The notes beneath the pieces were generated by a model. That model searched no databases. It saw only the letters and a list, made by a program, of their open reading frames with translations, and was not told the origin of the DNA. A DNA stretch of 20,526 nt. Source: Selaginella moellendorffii (Eukaryota > Plantae > Lycopodiophyta). The DNA lies in NCBI RefSeq assembly GCF_000143415.4, contig NW_003314389.1:406848-427373 (forward strand), written 5' to 3'. Each line of letters opens with the position of its first letter. Within the stretch, counting starts at the first letter, position 1. The translations under genes and the position numbers were made by a program. Below, in pieces: positions 18,307-20,526 of this stretch.

Positions 18307-18406
18307 NNNNNNNNNNNNNNNNNNNNNNNNNNNNNNNNNNNNNNNNNNNNNNNNNNNNNNNNNNNNNNNNNNNNNNNNNNNNNNNNNNNNNNNNNNNNNN
18401 NNNNNN
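18307..18406. other. Assembly gap (100 N)
   Basis: Run of exactly 100 N; the true size is unknown. Confidence 0.99.
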
Positions 18407-18907
18407 TATAATGAGGCTTATAACATTAACTTTGGCCAATCTTGCTAAACAATAGACTATGGCCGGTTTAGTAAAGGGCCGATAAAACGTGTTTGGTTGT
18501 AAACCTCAGTTCTCTTGAGATTCTTACAACTTGCTTCTGAAAGTCTTTATGTTTTGCCTTTGTGCTTCGCAAATCTTCCTCAACAAATCAGAATAATTTT
18601 AAAAATCATTTTTAATCTTCAAGATTAGCATTTTCCACAACATCCATGTTAAATATAATATCAATCCCAGCTGAAATTATGTTTCTCTTTTCTAATTTAC
18701 CTTGAAAATAGATTTTATATTTTATCTAGATAATGGTATTCTATAGTATTAATAAAGTGAAAAATTTCTTAGAGCTAGAAGAAACCAGTAGTTCTTGCAA
18801 TATAGAATTTCTTTTTAATTATTCATGGATATAGTAGTATATTACATTAAATTTTATAATTTTTAGTATTATTTTCTTTAATATCTAGGTTTCAAAAATA
18901 TAATTTC

Positions 18908-19510
18908 TAATACAAGAGAATCATGAAGTAGAGTTGATAAGATGTGAAAAACACACTTTACTCATAAATGAAAAGATTGATACAAAAAATTATATTTTCT
19001 GGAAATGCAAATATAAAACAATTAACTTATGTATATTTTTATATTGACAATATTAACATATTTCATAAATAAAATATCATATATAAAGTATATTAATATT
19101 ATTATGTACATGGTCATGTGTTAATCTTTTTTTTAATTAATAACTTAATAAATTTATAATTTAATTATGTTTACAATTGATGTTCCACATGATCTCATTT
19201 CCTAAAAGTTTTCCATGCTTAAAAACAGTTATATAGAGAACTTTTAAAAGTAATTTGATCTTATTGATAATATTATTGATATATATTGATAATCTTATTG
19301 ATAATACAAGATAATCATCAAGTAGAGTCAATAAAGTGAAAATAATAACCCTTTAATTACAAATGATAGTTTGATAAAAAAAAGTATATTTTTTAGAAAT
19401 GCAAATACAAAAGAAATTAACCTTATGTATATAACATGTCCATAATGATATTATATTAGTCTAAATATATTATCTTAAATAAAATATGATAATACTATGA
19501 TGTATATGAT
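18908..19510. repeat. Diverged AT-rich direct repeat, period ~394 bp
   Basis: taatacaaga.aatcat.aagtagagt...gaaatgcaaata.aaa...ttatgtatat starts at both 18908 and 19302. Confidence 0.75.
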
Positions 19511-19799
19511 ATAATTAATTTCCCTCTTTATGGAGTGAATAGTTTTTAATTACTCAATCTTCGTTAAATGTAATTTGTAAGGCTTTAGAGCATTATCTGG
19601 ATAAAAAGTTTCTTTGCCCAATACCTTTAGCTAACAAACACCAATAGTATCAAAATATATTCTTTACTACATATAAGGGAAGCAAACTTTTCATAAACAT
19701 GTCTTTTCCATGAGAAGTGGCCAAGCAGTCATATTAGTAAGACCAGTTTATTTTGCAGCCTTCAATCTAAAGCTATAATGCTTTTGGCAAACATGGAGT

Positions 19800-20483
19800 A
19801 CGTTGTCTGGTTGCACACACGAATCCCTACCACCAAAAGCGTTGCATCACCCTTTAGGCCTGGAAAACCTTCTAGAGAAGAACACTCAGCGTCCTTTTGG
19901 CCTGGACAACTTCCTGTTGAAGAACAACACAATGGCAAGCTTGACTTATGATTTCAGCACATTGCTAATCTTGAAATTGTCTGCATTAATTTTAGAAAGA
20001 TGGAGGAAGAGGAGGAACATGGGGTCCTGAAAATGCCATTCACAGAATCCATAGCAGTGAAGGTTATATAAAATTTAAAGAAAAAGTACTTATAATGGCA
20101 GCCTCCAAAGACACACATAGTTGGCTGAGTTCTTAGAATCTGGTGATGCTTGCAGGCTTCTCTAAACTCAAGATAAGGGAGATCATGATTCATGAGCGAA
20201 AACACTAAAAGTGTACCTGATAGTTACTTGCTGTAATCAGCGTGAATCTCATACCTTCTTGGAAACTCTGTAAATCATAGTTTCCAGCAAGCTCCTGATG
20301 CATTGTATTGCTGTGCAAACAGGACTTAGTTAAAAAATAAATGAAGACCTTATTTTTAACAACCTTATTGTCTTGTGCCAGAAGTGAGACAAATTAAATG
20401 CTAGACTGCAACTCTTCTTGATGATGCTGCTGTTCTCAACATTTGGTCCATGGTCATAAAAGCTATGCATGTCCTCCAAAGAC
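19800..20483 (-). pseudogene. Possible degenerate multi-exon gene fragment, unidentified
   Basis: GC-richer blocks bounded by acceptor-like (cacag|20483, cacag|20310, atcag|20216, ttcag|20026) and donor-like (AAG|gtatga at 20255) sites, with in-frame stops. No family recognised. Confidence 0.3.
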
Positions 20484-20526
20484 CTGTGATGAGAAACATT
20501 TGGGACTTACAAACAGCCTCTACAAG

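Noticed and set aside
17914-18455. ORFs running into the N gap
   Set aside because: Lengths are inflated by Ns, and 17914..18411 is antisense to PgiC.

Overview
Eukaryotic, plant-like, heavily methylated DNA that is almost entirely nested transposable elements. No intact host gene, RNA gene or CRISPR array is visible. Left to right: (1) a TACA/TACACA microsatellite; (2) a decayed minus-strand Ty3/gypsy gag-protease-RT, interrupted by a complete 668-bp TRIM (2005-2672); (3) several old LTR fragments and a 1.6-kb solo LTR with a GGTGT target-site duplication (TSD); (4) a second minus-strand gypsy gag, with its PBS and 5' LTR at 14741-16121, split by a young, structurally complete 7.3-kb non-coding LTR element (LARD-like, 6912-14207, TSD ATGGG, LTRs about 98% identical by manual count); (5) the 3' end of a Helitron (CTAG, subterminal hairpin, open Pif1-type helicase C-terminus) next to a frameshifted, intron-containing cytosolic glucose-6-phosphate isomerase (PgiC) fragment; (6) a 100-N gap and AT-rich sequence with possible degenerate exons. 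The most interesting signal is that the TRIM and the LARD share LTR termini, a Met-i PBS, a covarying AGGA-loop hairpin just before the PPT and a hairpin-dense 3' domain. Both are also inserted antisense at nearly homologous positions in two gag copies. CG/CHG-biased transitions indicate a land plant; very short introns (52 and 68 bp) suggest a compact-intron lineage such as Selaginella (inference only). All alignments and folds were done by eye.
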